This document shows positions 8,131-17,743 of a DNA stretch of 57,528 nucleotides, in pieces. Positions within the stretch are counted from its first letter, which is position 1; each line of letters begins with the position of its first letter. The stretch is from a virus. Its lineage: Duplodnaviria; Caudoviricetes. The translations under genes and the position numbers were made by a program. The stretch covers positions 1 through 57,528 of the IMG/VR virus record IMGVR_UViG_3300027734_000004; one strand, written 5' to 3'. The notes under the pieces were generated by a model. That model had not been told where the DNA came from. It saw only the letters and a list, made by a program, of their open reading frames with translations, and did not search any database.

Positions 8131-9749
8131 TGCTTGACTTCGATATTTCGAAGATCGACATACAGCGCCAGTTGATGGAACTGGACCGGGCTGACTGTGA
8201 AGAAAGCCTGTATTATTTTTTGACCAATGCATGGAAGTACATTGACGCCAGCACATGGAAAGACGGATGGCCAATTGAGGCTGTGGCGGAGCATTTGCAG
8301 GCTGTAGTTGATGGCGACATTAAGCGGCTAATCATTAACATCCCGCCGCGCATGGGTAAGAGTACCATTACGTCTGTGGCGTTCCCTGCGTGGACATGGG
8401 CGCAGCCTGAATCTTCCGCTACGTCAGGGCCGGGTGTGCAGTTCCTTATGGCGTCCTATGCCAACCAGTTGGTGCTGCGTGACAGCGTTAAGTGTAGGCG
8501 GTTGATTGAATCGCCATGGTATCAGAGCATGTGGGGTGAGCGCTTTAAGCTTAATTCCGACCAGAACACCAAGTCCCGCTTTTCCAATGACCGGGGCGGT
8601 GAGCGCCTGATTACATCCGTTGGTGCGGCGGTGACCGGTGAAGGTGGATCGATCATTGTGGTCGATGACCCTAACTCTGCGTCTGAGGCATTTTCGGATG
8701 CCAACATCGAAAGCACGATTGAATGGTGGGATGGGACAATGTCCACCCGTCTTAATGATTCCAAGACTGGTGCGTATGTCATTATTCAGCAGAGACTAGC
8801 CGAAAATGACTTGACTGGGCACGTTATTGAAAAAGATGTGGGCGAATGGACGCACCTGTGCCTGCCCATGAAGTATGAGCCTGACCGTTCGTTTGTTACC
8901 AACATTGGCTGGAAAGATCCACGCACTGAAGACGGTGAGTTGCTTTGGCCTGACCGCTTTGGGGTGAAGGAAGTTTTGGGGCTGGAGCGCTCACTTGGGC
9001 CATTTATGTCCGCAGGGCAGTTGCAGCAGCGCCCAGAGCCAGCCGGTGGCGGTGTCATCAAGCGCGAATGGTGGAAGCTGTGGGAAGAGCAAAGCTATCC
9101 GCCCATGGATTATATCATTGCGTCACTGGATACGGCATACACAACCAAAACCACCAACGATTACTCCGCAATTTCGATCTGGGGCGTGTTTACGACTGAT
9201 TCCACGGCCATTGCTAACCGCATTTTGGACAAAGATGGCCGTCCAATGTACTTTGACCGTGGCTATGCAGAGACTGCACCGCGCCTAATGCTGATGCATT
9301 CATGGCAGGAGCGCCTTGAATTCCATGATCTTGTCGAAAAAGTGGCAAAGACATGTAAGTCATTGAAAGTAGACAAGCTTTTGGTTGAGAATAAGGCTGC
9401 GGGTATATCTGTATCACAGGAATTGCGGCGACTTTATGGCAGCGAAGGCTTTGCTGTGCAGCTTTGTGACCCTAAAAGTCAGGACAAGCTGTCGCGGTTG
9501 TATTCTGTTCAGCATTTATTTGCTGACGGTATGGTGTATGCGCCTGATAAGGTGTGGGCAGAGCAGTTAATTACCCAAGTTGGCCAATTCCCTAAGGGAA
9601 AGCATGACGATTTGGTTGACACTGTGTCTATGAGCATACGGCACTTGCGTGATATTGGGCTTTTGACCCGGTCGCAGGAGCGTATTGAAGAGATTGAGAA
9701 CATGAAAGTGTATCCGGGCAAGCAAAGTGTTCCTTTGTACCCGGCATAA
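8130..9749 (+). CDS. terL: Terminase large subunit
   Basis: Walker A IPPRMGKS; Walker B IIVVDDP; nuclease motifs SLDTA, VENKAAG, HDDLVD. Confidence 0.95.
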   Translation: MLDFDISKIDIQRQLMELDRADCEESLYYFLTNAWKYIDASTWKDGWPIEAVAEHLQAVVDGDIKRLIINIPPRMGKSTITSVAFPAWTWAQPESSATSGPGVQFLMASYANQLVLRDSVKCRRLIESPWYQSMWGERFKLNSDQNTKSRFSNDRGGERLITSVGAAVTGEGGSIIVVDDPNSASEAFSDANIESTIEWWDGTMSTRLNDSKTGAYVIIQQRLAENDLTGHVIEKDVGEWTHLCLPMKYEPDRSFVTNIGWKDPRTEDGELLWPDRFGVKEVLGLERSLGPFMSAGQLQQRPEPAGGGVIKREWWKLWEEQSYPPMDYIIASLDTAYTTKTTNDYSAISIWGVFTTDSTAIANRILDKDGRPMYFDRGYAETAPRLMLMHSWQERLEFHDLVEKVAKTCKSLKVDKLLVENKAAGISVSQELRRLYGSEGFAVQLCDPKSQDKLSRLYSVQHLFADGMVYAPDKVWAEQLITQVGQFPKGKHDDLVDTVSMSIRHLRDIGLLTRSQERIEEIENMKVYPGKQSVPLYPA

Positions 9750-9759
9750 TGGAGGATTT

Positions 9760-9972
9760 ATGAAGTATATTGGTCGCGTTAACGCATCTTGCACGGTTGA
9801 AGACCTTGGTCATAAGCAATTTGAGGTAGAAGTGTGGGGCGAAGTGCCTTTTGACCACAAGCGCACCTATACATTGAACGCTAAAGATGATAATTCAGCA
9901 GCAGAAGAAGGATTGCGTCTTTTTTGCGATGAGATGGAATGCCTTAGAAGCGCAGAAGCAAAGGAAGATTGA
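9760..9972 (+). CDS. Hypothetical protein
   Basis: GGAGG RBS; lies between terL and portal. Confidence 0.65.
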   Translation: MKYIGRVNASCTVEDLGHKQFEVEVWGEVPFDHKRTYTLNAKDDNSAAEEGLRLFCDEMECLRSAEAKED

Positions 9973-12284
9973 TGGCAACGCAACCGGGCCTCGCTCCAAT
10001 GAATATTCGTCAGCCTGCTCCAGATGAGCCGGGTGCGATTGACACGTCACCGATCCAAATCGACTTTGCAGATGAGAGTGGAGACACTCCTGAGACAGAT
10101 GAGAACGGGAATATCCTTTCAATTGAGCATGATGACGGTTCAATAACTGTTTCGCTTGATGGAAACCCGCTTGAATCGGCTGAAAATGGCGATGACGGCG
10201 ACTGGTTTGCCAATCTGGTCGATAAAATTGACGAAGCTGAACTTAATTCTATTTCTGGTGACCTGTTTCGCGGAATTGATGACGATTTGCTATCGCGTAA
10301 GGACTGGGTTGAGACACGGGCGCAGGGAATTAAGCTTCTTGGCCTGAAAATAGAGATTCCGGGCCTCACAGGGGCCGTTGACGGCGCACCGGTTGAAGGC
10401 ATGTCGCGTGTACGCCACCCATTGCTGCTTGAAGCTGTATTGCGCTTCCAAGCCAACTCCCGGTCGGAACTTTTGCCGACAGATGGACCTGTTAAGATCC
10501 GCAATGACGATAACAATGCGTCATTGCAGGAAGACCAGATTGCAAACGCGCTTGAGCGTGACCTTAATCACTATTTGACATCGACGGCGACGGAATATTA
10601 CCCCGACACCGACCGTATGTTGCTGATGCTGGGCTTTGGCGGCACGTCATTTAAAAAAGTTTATTATTGCCCGCTGCGTAACCGCCCTGTTTCAGAGACT
10701 GTGGACGCAGATGACCTGATCGTAAGCAATGACGCAACGGATTTGTCCAATGCGCGCCGCATTACGCACCGGATCATGATGCGCCCGTCAATTGTGAAGC
10801 GTATGCAGATCCTTGGCGTCTATCGTGACGTTGATTTAGGCACACCTAGCATGCGCCGCCTTGATCCATTGCAGCGCGAAGAGCGTGAGCAGCAGGGGAT
10901 TTCGTCTGATGCCACCAATCCGTTGGATCGTGATCGCGAAATTTACGAATGCTATTGCGAACTGGACATCAAGGGCTTTGAGCATAAGCACAAAGGCAAA
11001 ATATCTGGGCTTGAGATCCCATACCGTGTGACCGTTGACGTTTCCTCAAAGGAAATCTTGTCAATTGTCCGTAATTTTGATGAAGACACAGCAGACCTGC
11101 CAATAGCCAAGAGCAGCTTTGTTAAATACACGTTCGTACCGGGCCTTGGCTTTTACGACATTGGCCTGCTGCACATTCTGGGCAACACCACCAACGCCAT
11201 CACGGCTGCATGGCGCGAATTGCTGGATGCAGGTATGTATTCCAACTTCCCCGGCTTCCTAATGGCTGACACGGGCGCACGGCAGAACACCAACATCTTC
11301 CGGGTTCCTCCCGGCGGCGGCGCGTTAATTAAGACTGGCGGCATGCCAATATCACAAGCGGTTATGCCCCTGCCCTACCAGCCGCCATCGCAGGCGCTGA
11401 TGCAGCTTGTTAGCGACATGGCGCAGACCGGTGCTCGTATTGGCGGCACGTCTGAAATGCAGGTCGGTGAAGGCCGTGCTGATGCCCCTGTGGGCACCAC
11501 CATTGCCATGATTGAACAGGCCACCAAGGTCATGAACGCCGTTCACAAACGCCTCCACGCTGCACAAGCGGAAGAATTCCGTTTGCTGTGCGAGTGCTTC
11601 CGCGAAAACCCAGAAAGCTTTTGGCAGCGCAATGCCAAGCCAACTATGTCTTGGGATCAGGCAACATTTATTCAGGCGCTTGATGACTACGACCTTACGC
11701 CTCAGGCAGACCCCAACACAGCGTCACATGGTCAGCGCATCATGAAGATTACTGCCCTAAAGCAGCTTCAGCAGGCAAACCCATCGATGTACGATCCTAT
11801 CGCCATCGACGTTGCTGCATTGCAAGCTATTGGCTGGTCGAACCCGTCGCAGTTTATGGCACCGGCAAATGCGCAAGCATCACCACCGCCAGAACTGTTG
11901 CAGGCTCAGGCAAAAATGAAGAACGACGAAATGACCGCAAATGCGCGGATGATGGAAGCGCAGGCACGGGCAGCAGAAACACAAGCCAAGATCCAGTCTG
12001 GTGCATTTGCGCCAAAGCAAGAAGGTCCAGAAATGGGTCAGGCAGCGCTCAACGCCGCACAGGCAGATCTTATCAATGCCGAAACCAAGCGCAGCGAAAT
12101 TGGCGTCCGCCATCAAGAGCGTATGGTTGAAGATCAGAACCGCGATTTGGATCGTCAGAGCCGTGAGCGTGTTGCCATGTTGCAGCTTGCCCGTGACCTT
12201 GTAATGCATCCGGAGCAGGCTGAAGCTGTCGAGCCATTGGTTGGCCCGTCAGAGCGTAAATTTAATGAGGGCGAAGGCGAATGA
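9969..12284 (+). CDS. Portal protein (podovirus type with long C-terminal helical extension)
   Basis: Position after terL; HPLLLEAVLRFQA, GTSFKKVYY, GFYDIGL, VGTTIAMIEQ..KVMNAVHKRLH motifs. Confidence 0.88.
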   Translation: MMATQPGLAPMNIRQPAPDEPGAIDTSPIQIDFADESGDTPETDENGNILSIEHDDGSITVSLDGNPLESAENGDDGDWFANLVDKIDEAELNSISGDLFRGIDDDLLSRKDWVETRAQGIKLLGLKIEIPGLTGAVDGAPVEGMSRVRHPLLLEAVLRFQANSRSELLPTDGPVKIRNDDNNASLQEDQIANALERDLNHYLTSTATEYYPDTDRMLLMLGFGGTSFKKVYYCPLRNRPVSETVDADDLIVSNDATDLSNARRITHRIMMRPSIVKRMQILGVYRDVDLGTPSMRRLDPLQREEREQQGISSDATNPLDRDREIYECYCELDIKGFEHKHKGKISGLEIPYRVTVDVSSKEILSIVRNFDEDTADLPIAKSSFVKYTFVPGLGFYDIGLLHILGNTTNAITAAWRELLDAGMYSNFPGFLMADTGARQNTNIFRVPPGGGALIKTGGMPISQAVMPLPYQPPSQALMQLVSDMAQTGARIGGTSEMQVGEGRADAPVGTTIAMIEQATKVMNAVHKRLHAAQAEEFRLLCECFRENPESFWQRNAKPTMSWDQATFIQALDDYDLTPQADPNTASHGQRIMKITALKQLQQANPSMYDPIAIDVAALQAIGWSNPSQFMAPANAQASPPPELLQAQAKMKNDEMTANARMMEAQARAAETQAKIQSGAFAPKQEGPEMGQAALNAAQADLINAETKRSEIGVRHQERMVEDQNRDLDRQSRERVAMLQLARDLVMHPEQAEAVEPLVGPSERKFNEGEGE

Positions 12285-15200
12285 ACGACCCAAAGGCTAT
12301 CCGCAAAGCAATCATGACCGCACGAAACATTGCGGCTATGATCGATCCAAACTTTGCGCGTGTGCCTTTGCCCCAAATTGGGGAGCCTGATTACGAAGAG
12401 CAAAGGCCACCCTTGCAGTTTTCTATGGGTGGCAGGCTTCCTGCTCAACGGTCTGACAATCCATTTGAGCAATTCCAGTCACAAGATCCTTTTTCTTTCA
12501 ATTTGCCTGACCACCAATATGCTGCTGGCGGTGAGGTCTACGGCGACAATAGTAAGATCAAGGTTGTTGGAAATTACAAAGGTGAGCATCGTCTTGTTCC
12601 CATCAGCCCTAAAAATACTAATTACCGGCATGTTATGGAATATGTGCCAATTGACTGGCTTATGGAGCGGCGCGGCAATGAATATCGCCACTCGCCTGAG
12701 CGTATGGAGCAGCTTCGTAACGAGATTCAGGAAGAAGGACTGCGTGAACCGGTGCTTATCAGCACGGGTAAGAATTCCCGAACTTCAATTGTTGGTGAAG
12801 GAAATCACCGTGTTCTTGCCGCTAAACAGCTTGGCTACACCCATATCCCGGTAAGGGCTATGGTGGGTAGTTCAGCCGGTAGCGATGTGTTTCCGGAAGG
12901 CGCGCACGACGAAGATATTATCCCAAAGCCAAACGAGTATTTCCCATCTGACGCCAAGCCATCTCGCGTCATGCGCAGCTTGGGCTACGAAGGTCAGCCA
13001 GAACTTCCTGAGGATTGGTGGGAAAAGGGGTACGCCACTGGCGGTGGGGTTGATGACCACGTTGTCAATAATCCAATGTCAGTCTTTCCAAAGCCCCAGC
13101 GCATGTTTGACGAAGATATGCCGGGTGGCGCGTATCTATCCATGCCCGACAAGGAAGACGTTACGGGGCACCGCGCCGCGCAGGCGTCCATTGGCATTGG
13201 TGAAGGCGGCAAGCCATACTTCCACGCCTCACGCGATGCGGCTGACGAAACAGGTTCGCCCGGTAAAGGCAGCGCGCTGGTCAAGACCAATCTGTTTAAG
13301 CAACGTGCTGGATGGCGCTGGTTGGATGCGCCTGAGGGCCATGAAGGCACCAGTACCATTGTCTCTGTCGAGCATCGCGGCAAGCACCATTATGTGATGG
13401 ATGCGCATTTCCCCAAGGGCGTTGATCTTAGCCGCTACCCTGACGCCCCTTCTGAGCCTCGCCTGCGCCCCACTACCCGTGGTAACGTCGAACTGGGCCC
13501 ACAGGTAGGGTCGATCCTTGTTCGTGGTCGTGAGCATCCCGTACACAGCCACGCCATCGTGCGCGAGTATGGCGGGCGTGTGGGCTATGCTGACGGCGGC
13601 ATGCTTGATGATGAGCAACCCACAGACTATGCAGCACCAGACAATATGGGCTTGTACAGCCATGGTGCAGCAACGGCAGCAGCTTCCCCGCAGGCAAAGG
13701 CATCGCCCCAAGAGTTCCGCAGCATGCTGACCAATCGCGGCGTCAAGCCCAGCGAGTTTCAGGCATCTGGTTACGACCAAGCTTTTGCTGATCAGCCGCA
13801 GGTTACCCGCGAACAGGTTGCAGAGCATTTCCACCAAAACCGGACGCCGATTAAGGAAAGAGGTTTCTACACCGAAGACGCTAATACTGAAAGCATGGCT
13901 GCGCTTGAAAATGAATATTGGGATAAGAAGCGCGATTTGCAGGATCGCAAGTTGGCGTATCGCAATGCAAACCCAGATGCAGACATTTCCAACTTTGGCC
14001 GTGAGGAAGAAGAAGCCTTACGCCGTGAATTAACCGAAAAGCGCAGAGCCCTAAGGGAATCTGAATTACATATCGAAAGCGCAGGAGATCCGCACCACGA
14101 GGAGCATATGCTTCCGGGCGGTGAAAATTACCGCGAAATTGCTTTAAAGCATGGCGGCGATGATGTCATGTTTAAGGGGGTTAGTGGCCACCTTGGCGGT
14201 GAGCAGAATATTCTAGCGCATGTATTGATGAAGGACCGCACCGATTCTGAGGGTAAGCGCATCTTACATCTTGATGAATTGCAGAGCGACTGGGCCCAGC
14301 AGGGTCGTGAAAAAGGCTTTGATCAAGATCCAGAAACAAGCAAAAAGATTATTTCTGAATTTGACGATTACCACAAAAACCTTCGCGATCGCGCTTTAGA
14401 TCAGGTCACAAAACGCGCCAGAGATCTTGGCATGCCTGATGAAGATCTTTCAGACATTCGCAATGCAATTGCAAGTGAGCATGCCCACGAAAACTTGGCT
14501 TACTTTGCCGGTGGCGAAGAAGAGGCTGACCGCTACATAAAAATGCGCCAAAATGCAGAAAAAGCCCGTAACACAATGAGCCCAGCCCCTTACGTCACAA
14601 AGACGGATGACTGGGTTGATCTAGGGCTAAAGCGCGCCATGATGGAAGCTGCAAAAGGCGGGCACGATAAGCTTGCATGGTCGCCGGGTGACGTTGTTGC
14701 TGACCGCTACAACCTCAGCAAGCACATCAAAGACATCCACCACGAAAAGAACGATGATGGAACGTACAACGTCATAGCCCGCAGTCATCGGGGTGCAAAA
14801 GTTTATGACCAAGACGGGCTTGCTGAAAAAGACGTGGTAGATGCCTTAGGCAAGGAAGTTGCAGGTAAGATCTTTTCTGGCGAAGGAACTGGTCGCGAAG
14901 AGATTCAAGCTAAAATTGATGCTGCAAACAAAGACTTTGAAGATTTTAAAAGCAGGGCAGTTGAGGCTGACCTGCAAAGGCGCATTGGTGAATCGGACTC
15001 AAATGCAGATTTTATCAAAAAAAATCAGCAGGAATACAAAAATGTAATTAGCAATAATTTTGAAGAAAGTCCTTACACTTTTTCTCAAAACCTTGGCCTT
15101 GTCGATGAGTATAATGCGCTAACAAACAAATTAAGGCGCGCACATGATGACATGAAATTAGGCCCTTACTCCCCGTACCGTGATTGGCGCACGTTAAGCG

Positions 15201-17677
15201 GCGTCGATCTTACAATTGGCGGCGAGGGTATGAAGAAATTTTACAATGAGATGCTGCCTAAGCGCTTGATGAAGCTTGCCAAGCAGCATGATCCTGACGC
15301 CAAATTTTCTGTTTCAACCGTCAAGCATCCGTCAGAATATTCTGATGATTACGACAGAAGAGATTACATTTCCGACACCACTACCGACCTACCCACTTTG
15401 GAGATGACACCCAAGATGCGCGAAAGCATTTTGAAGAAGGGTTTTGCTGCCTATGCTGACGGCGGTGAGGTTGATGGTTACGACAAGGGTGGAAGCGTCG
15501 ATAGCTACCAAGATCCCGCCACGCAGCACATATCCGACTGGAACTGGCGTTCCGTTGGAGATGTTCAGGACAGCCTTGGCGGGATGAAGGAAATTCCTTC
15601 GCACGTCGAAAAGTTTGGCGACTTTATGGACACCATTGCTCAGCGCGCTGGTGGCAGCGGCCTTACGCCACGCGACCTGATCAAGGCATACACAATTACC
15701 CGGTCAAGCATTCAGCGTCGGGCCGCAGACGTTGATAAGCTGCGCGCATCTGGCCTTGATCTACCGGAGGAAATGACTGGTAAAATCCGCCCTGAAGGTG
15801 CTTTTGGCGAATGGTTGCACACACCAGCAGGCCAAGCATACCTTGACGCAGCGGAAAAGGGCAAGGTACACCAGACTGCAATCCAAAACGCAATTCAAGT
15901 CATGGCACCATTTGGCCGTCACCAGACAGACATTCCTGATGCCTTGACATGGGCTGCGCTTAACCTTCCGGGCAAGGAAAAGCAGGTATCTGAACTTGTT
16001 CACGCCGGTCACTTGATGGCAAGCACCCCAGAAGAATGGCGGGCGTTTACACAGCACATTCGCGGTGTCGGCCCCAGCAAGTCTGGTTTCCTTGCATCGC
16101 TTATGGGGCGCGGTGACCAGCCAACATTGGATGCGCGCCAGATTATCCTGCACACCGGGCGTCCAACCAAGGAAGCCAGCAAGTATATCGCCAAAAAGGG
16201 TGGCGCAGGAGGCGTTGAAGCCGTTGACCGCCTTGCAGCGCGCCAGAGCGCCATGGATCTGTCCCTTCCTGACCGTTTGAAGCCGTATTACCAGCACCTT
16301 GCTCACCATGCGGTTTGGGATAAGGCTGGCGATGAAGAAACAACGCACGAAGATGTTGTGCGCGCTATGCACCACGCTGCAAAGGGTGGTGCGCAAAATG
16401 CATACGACCAGCCCAGCATGCTTGAGCATCCGGTCACCAAGATATTTCAGGCAATCGGCATGGCTGGGTTGAATGACCCAAGCGTTGATCCTGCGAAATT
16501 CAAAGAATACCTAAAGCGGGCACAATACGCACTTGCGCGTAAGATTACGACTAAGGGTTCCGACGTTCTTGCATCCTATCCGGGCGCTGCAAACGTCAAG
16601 ATGAGTAAGTTTGGCAAGCCCCTTAGCGAAATGGAATCTACCACTGTTCAAAAGGGCTTTATGCTTCCGCGCAAAGAGGCCGACATTGAAGAAATGCAGC
16701 GGCGTGGTTCGCGAATTTTCCCATTCTTGGGTGATTTGTCACCCGCTGACCAAATCTTGCTCAAGACAGGTCAAACAAGCCTTGTTGACCCCAGCGAACA
16801 GCAGGGTGGCGCTGGTTTTATGCGCTCAGAGTTTGCGCAGGGCCGCGATCCCGCTGCTTATGGCAATCGTATTGGTGCAGCCAAAACACTTGCCAAAAAG
16901 ATTGCAGCACAGACGCCAGAGGGTACGCCTGCAATCGGTACGCACGTTGCCATGGGGCTTGGCAGCGTTGATTCATCGCACCATGCTTATGAGCCTATTT
17001 TGCGCATGATACCTAATTCACCAATTGCGCAAAAGCATATTGATGATTTTGATGACATGATGCGCGAAGCGCTACCGGCAACAAAAAAGTACCCCATGGC
17101 GTGGCCGGGTATCATGAACACCAAAGAGGCTGAGCAATTTTTTGCGGGCAGACCCGGTACACACGCATCGTTCTTTGCTAAAAAGATTGACAGTTCAAGA
17201 TGGCAGAAAGCTGGGTTCCCAGACATTGGAGAAGTCCGTTTTTCTGCATCAACACCAGAACTTCTTGGCGCACCGCGCTTATCAACTGGCAGCGCTTTTT
17301 CGCAGGTTGAGCCATCTGGTCGTATTGTAACCAATCCAGACCTTAAACATAAAACTTATCCTGCCCTTATCCCGTCTGAGGGTGAAGGGTATATGGGTGG
17401 ATCAAGCATCCCAATTCCAGCCAAACTAATGTTTAGTGATTTTTTTAAAACCATGAAAACAAAGGATAAAAGCGGGAAGGCCATTAATTACGACTCACCT
17501 ACTGGCCAAACTTTGTTTCAGCAGTCACTAATGACTAAAGTCCCATTCCAAGATGCTACGCAGGAATGGTTGGATAACATCATGGAAGACCGCCGCCAAA
17601 AGCAAGAGCAAGGCTTTAAAAAGGGCGGTAAAGTTCGTAGTGCGTTGATGATTGCCAAGGGTATGAAAAAAAGGTAA
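12281..17677 (+). CDS. 1798-aa modular (polyvalent-type) putative internal virion protein: ParB/Srx-like, unknown, ELQSDW module, HhH-GPD glycosylase-like and unknown modules separated by xxxGG motifs
   Basis: ParB-like EGLREPVLI...GEGNHRVLAAKQLGYTHIPV; HhH IRGVGPSKSGF...PTLDARQI; ATGA-coupled to portal. Confidence 0.75.
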   Translation: MNDPKAIRKAIMTARNIAAMIDPNFARVPLPQIGEPDYEEQRPPLQFSMGGRLPAQRSDNPFEQFQSQDPFSFNLPDHQYAAGGEVYGDNSKIKVVGNYKGEHRLVPISPKNTNYRHVMEYVPIDWLMERRGNEYRHSPERMEQLRNEIQEEGLREPVLISTGKNSRTSIVGEGNHRVLAAKQLGYTHIPVRAMVGSSAGSDVFPEGAHDEDIIPKPNEYFPSDAKPSRVMRSLGYEGQPELPEDWWEKGYATGGGVDDHVVNNPMSVFPKPQRMFDEDMPGGAYLSMPDKEDVTGHRAAQASIGIGEGGKPYFHASRDAADETGSPGKGSALVKTNLFKQRAGWRWLDAPEGHEGTSTIVSVEHRGKHHYVMDAHFPKGVDLSRYPDAPSEPRLRPTTRGNVELGPQVGSILVRGREHPVHSHAIVREYGGRVGYADGGMLDDEQPTDYAAPDNMGLYSHGAATAAASPQAKASPQEFRSMLTNRGVKPSEFQASGYDQAFADQPQVTREQVAEHFHQNRTPIKERGFYTEDANTESMAALENEYWDKKRDLQDRKLAYRNANPDADISNFGREEEEALRRELTEKRRALRESELHIESAGDPHHEEHMLPGGENYREIALKHGGDDVMFKGVSGHLGGEQNILAHVLMKDRTDSEGKRILHLDELQSDWAQQGREKGFDQDPETSKKIISEFDDYHKNLRDRALDQVTKRARDLGMPDEDLSDIRNAIASEHAHENLAYFAGGEEEADRYIKMRQNAEKARNTMSPAPYVTKTDDWVDLGLKRAMMEAAKGGHDKLAWSPGDVVADRYNLSKHIKDIHHEKNDDGTYNVIARSHRGAKVYDQDGLAEKDVVDALGKEVAGKIFSGEGTGREEIQAKIDAANKDFEDFKSRAVEADLQRRIGESDSNADFIKKNQQEYKNVISNNFEESPYTFSQNLGLVDEYNALTNKLRRAHDDMKLGPYSPYRDWRTLSGVDLTIGGEGMKKFYNEMLPKRLMKLAKQHDPDAKFSVSTVKHPSEYSDDYDRRDYISDTTTDLPTLEMTPKMRESILKKGFAAYADGGEVDGYDKGGSVDSYQDPATQHISDWNWRSVGDVQDSLGGMKEIPSHVEKFGDFMDTIAQRAGGSGLTPRDLIKAYTITRSSIQRRAADVDKLRASGLDLPEEMTGKIRPEGAFGEWLHTPAGQAYLDAAEKGKVHQTAIQNAIQVMAPFGRHQTDIPDALTWAALNLPGKEKQVSELVHAGHLMASTPEEWRAFTQHIRGVGPSKSGFLASLMGRGDQPTLDARQIILHTGRPTKEASKYIAKKGGAGGVEAVDRLAARQSAMDLSLPDRLKPYYQHLAHHAVWDKAGDEETTHEDVVRAMHHAAKGGAQNAYDQPSMLEHPVTKIFQAIGMAGLNDPSVDPAKFKEYLKRAQYALARKITTKGSDVLASYPGAANVKMSKFGKPLSEMESTTVQKGFMLPRKEADIEEMQRRGSRIFPFLGDLSPADQILLKTGQTSLVDPSEQQGGAGFMRSEFAQGRDPAAYGNRIGAAKTLAKKIAAQTPEGTPAIGTHVAMGLGSVDSSHHAYEPILRMIPNSPIAQKHIDDFDDMMREALPATKKYPMAWPGIMNTKEAEQFFAGRPGTHASFFAKKIDSSRWQKAGFPDIGEVRFSASTPELLGAPRLSTGSAFSQVEPSGRIVTNPDLKHKTYPALIPSEGEGYMGGSSIPIPAKLMFSDFFKTMKTKDKSGKAINYDSPTGQTLFQQSLMTKVPFQDATQEWLDNIMEDRRQKQEQGFKKGGKVRSALMIAKGMKKR

Positions 17678-17743
17678 TGTCTTTTTGGCCACAATTCTGT
17701 GGAAGCTTTTATTCGCCGGTAATTCGGTAAGACAGGAGACTGT

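Noticed and set aside
12354-17334. Many 60-220 aa overlapping ORFs inside the large genes (also within 37625-46234)
   Set aside because: No RBS or recognisable motifs; they are shadow frames of long coding sequences.
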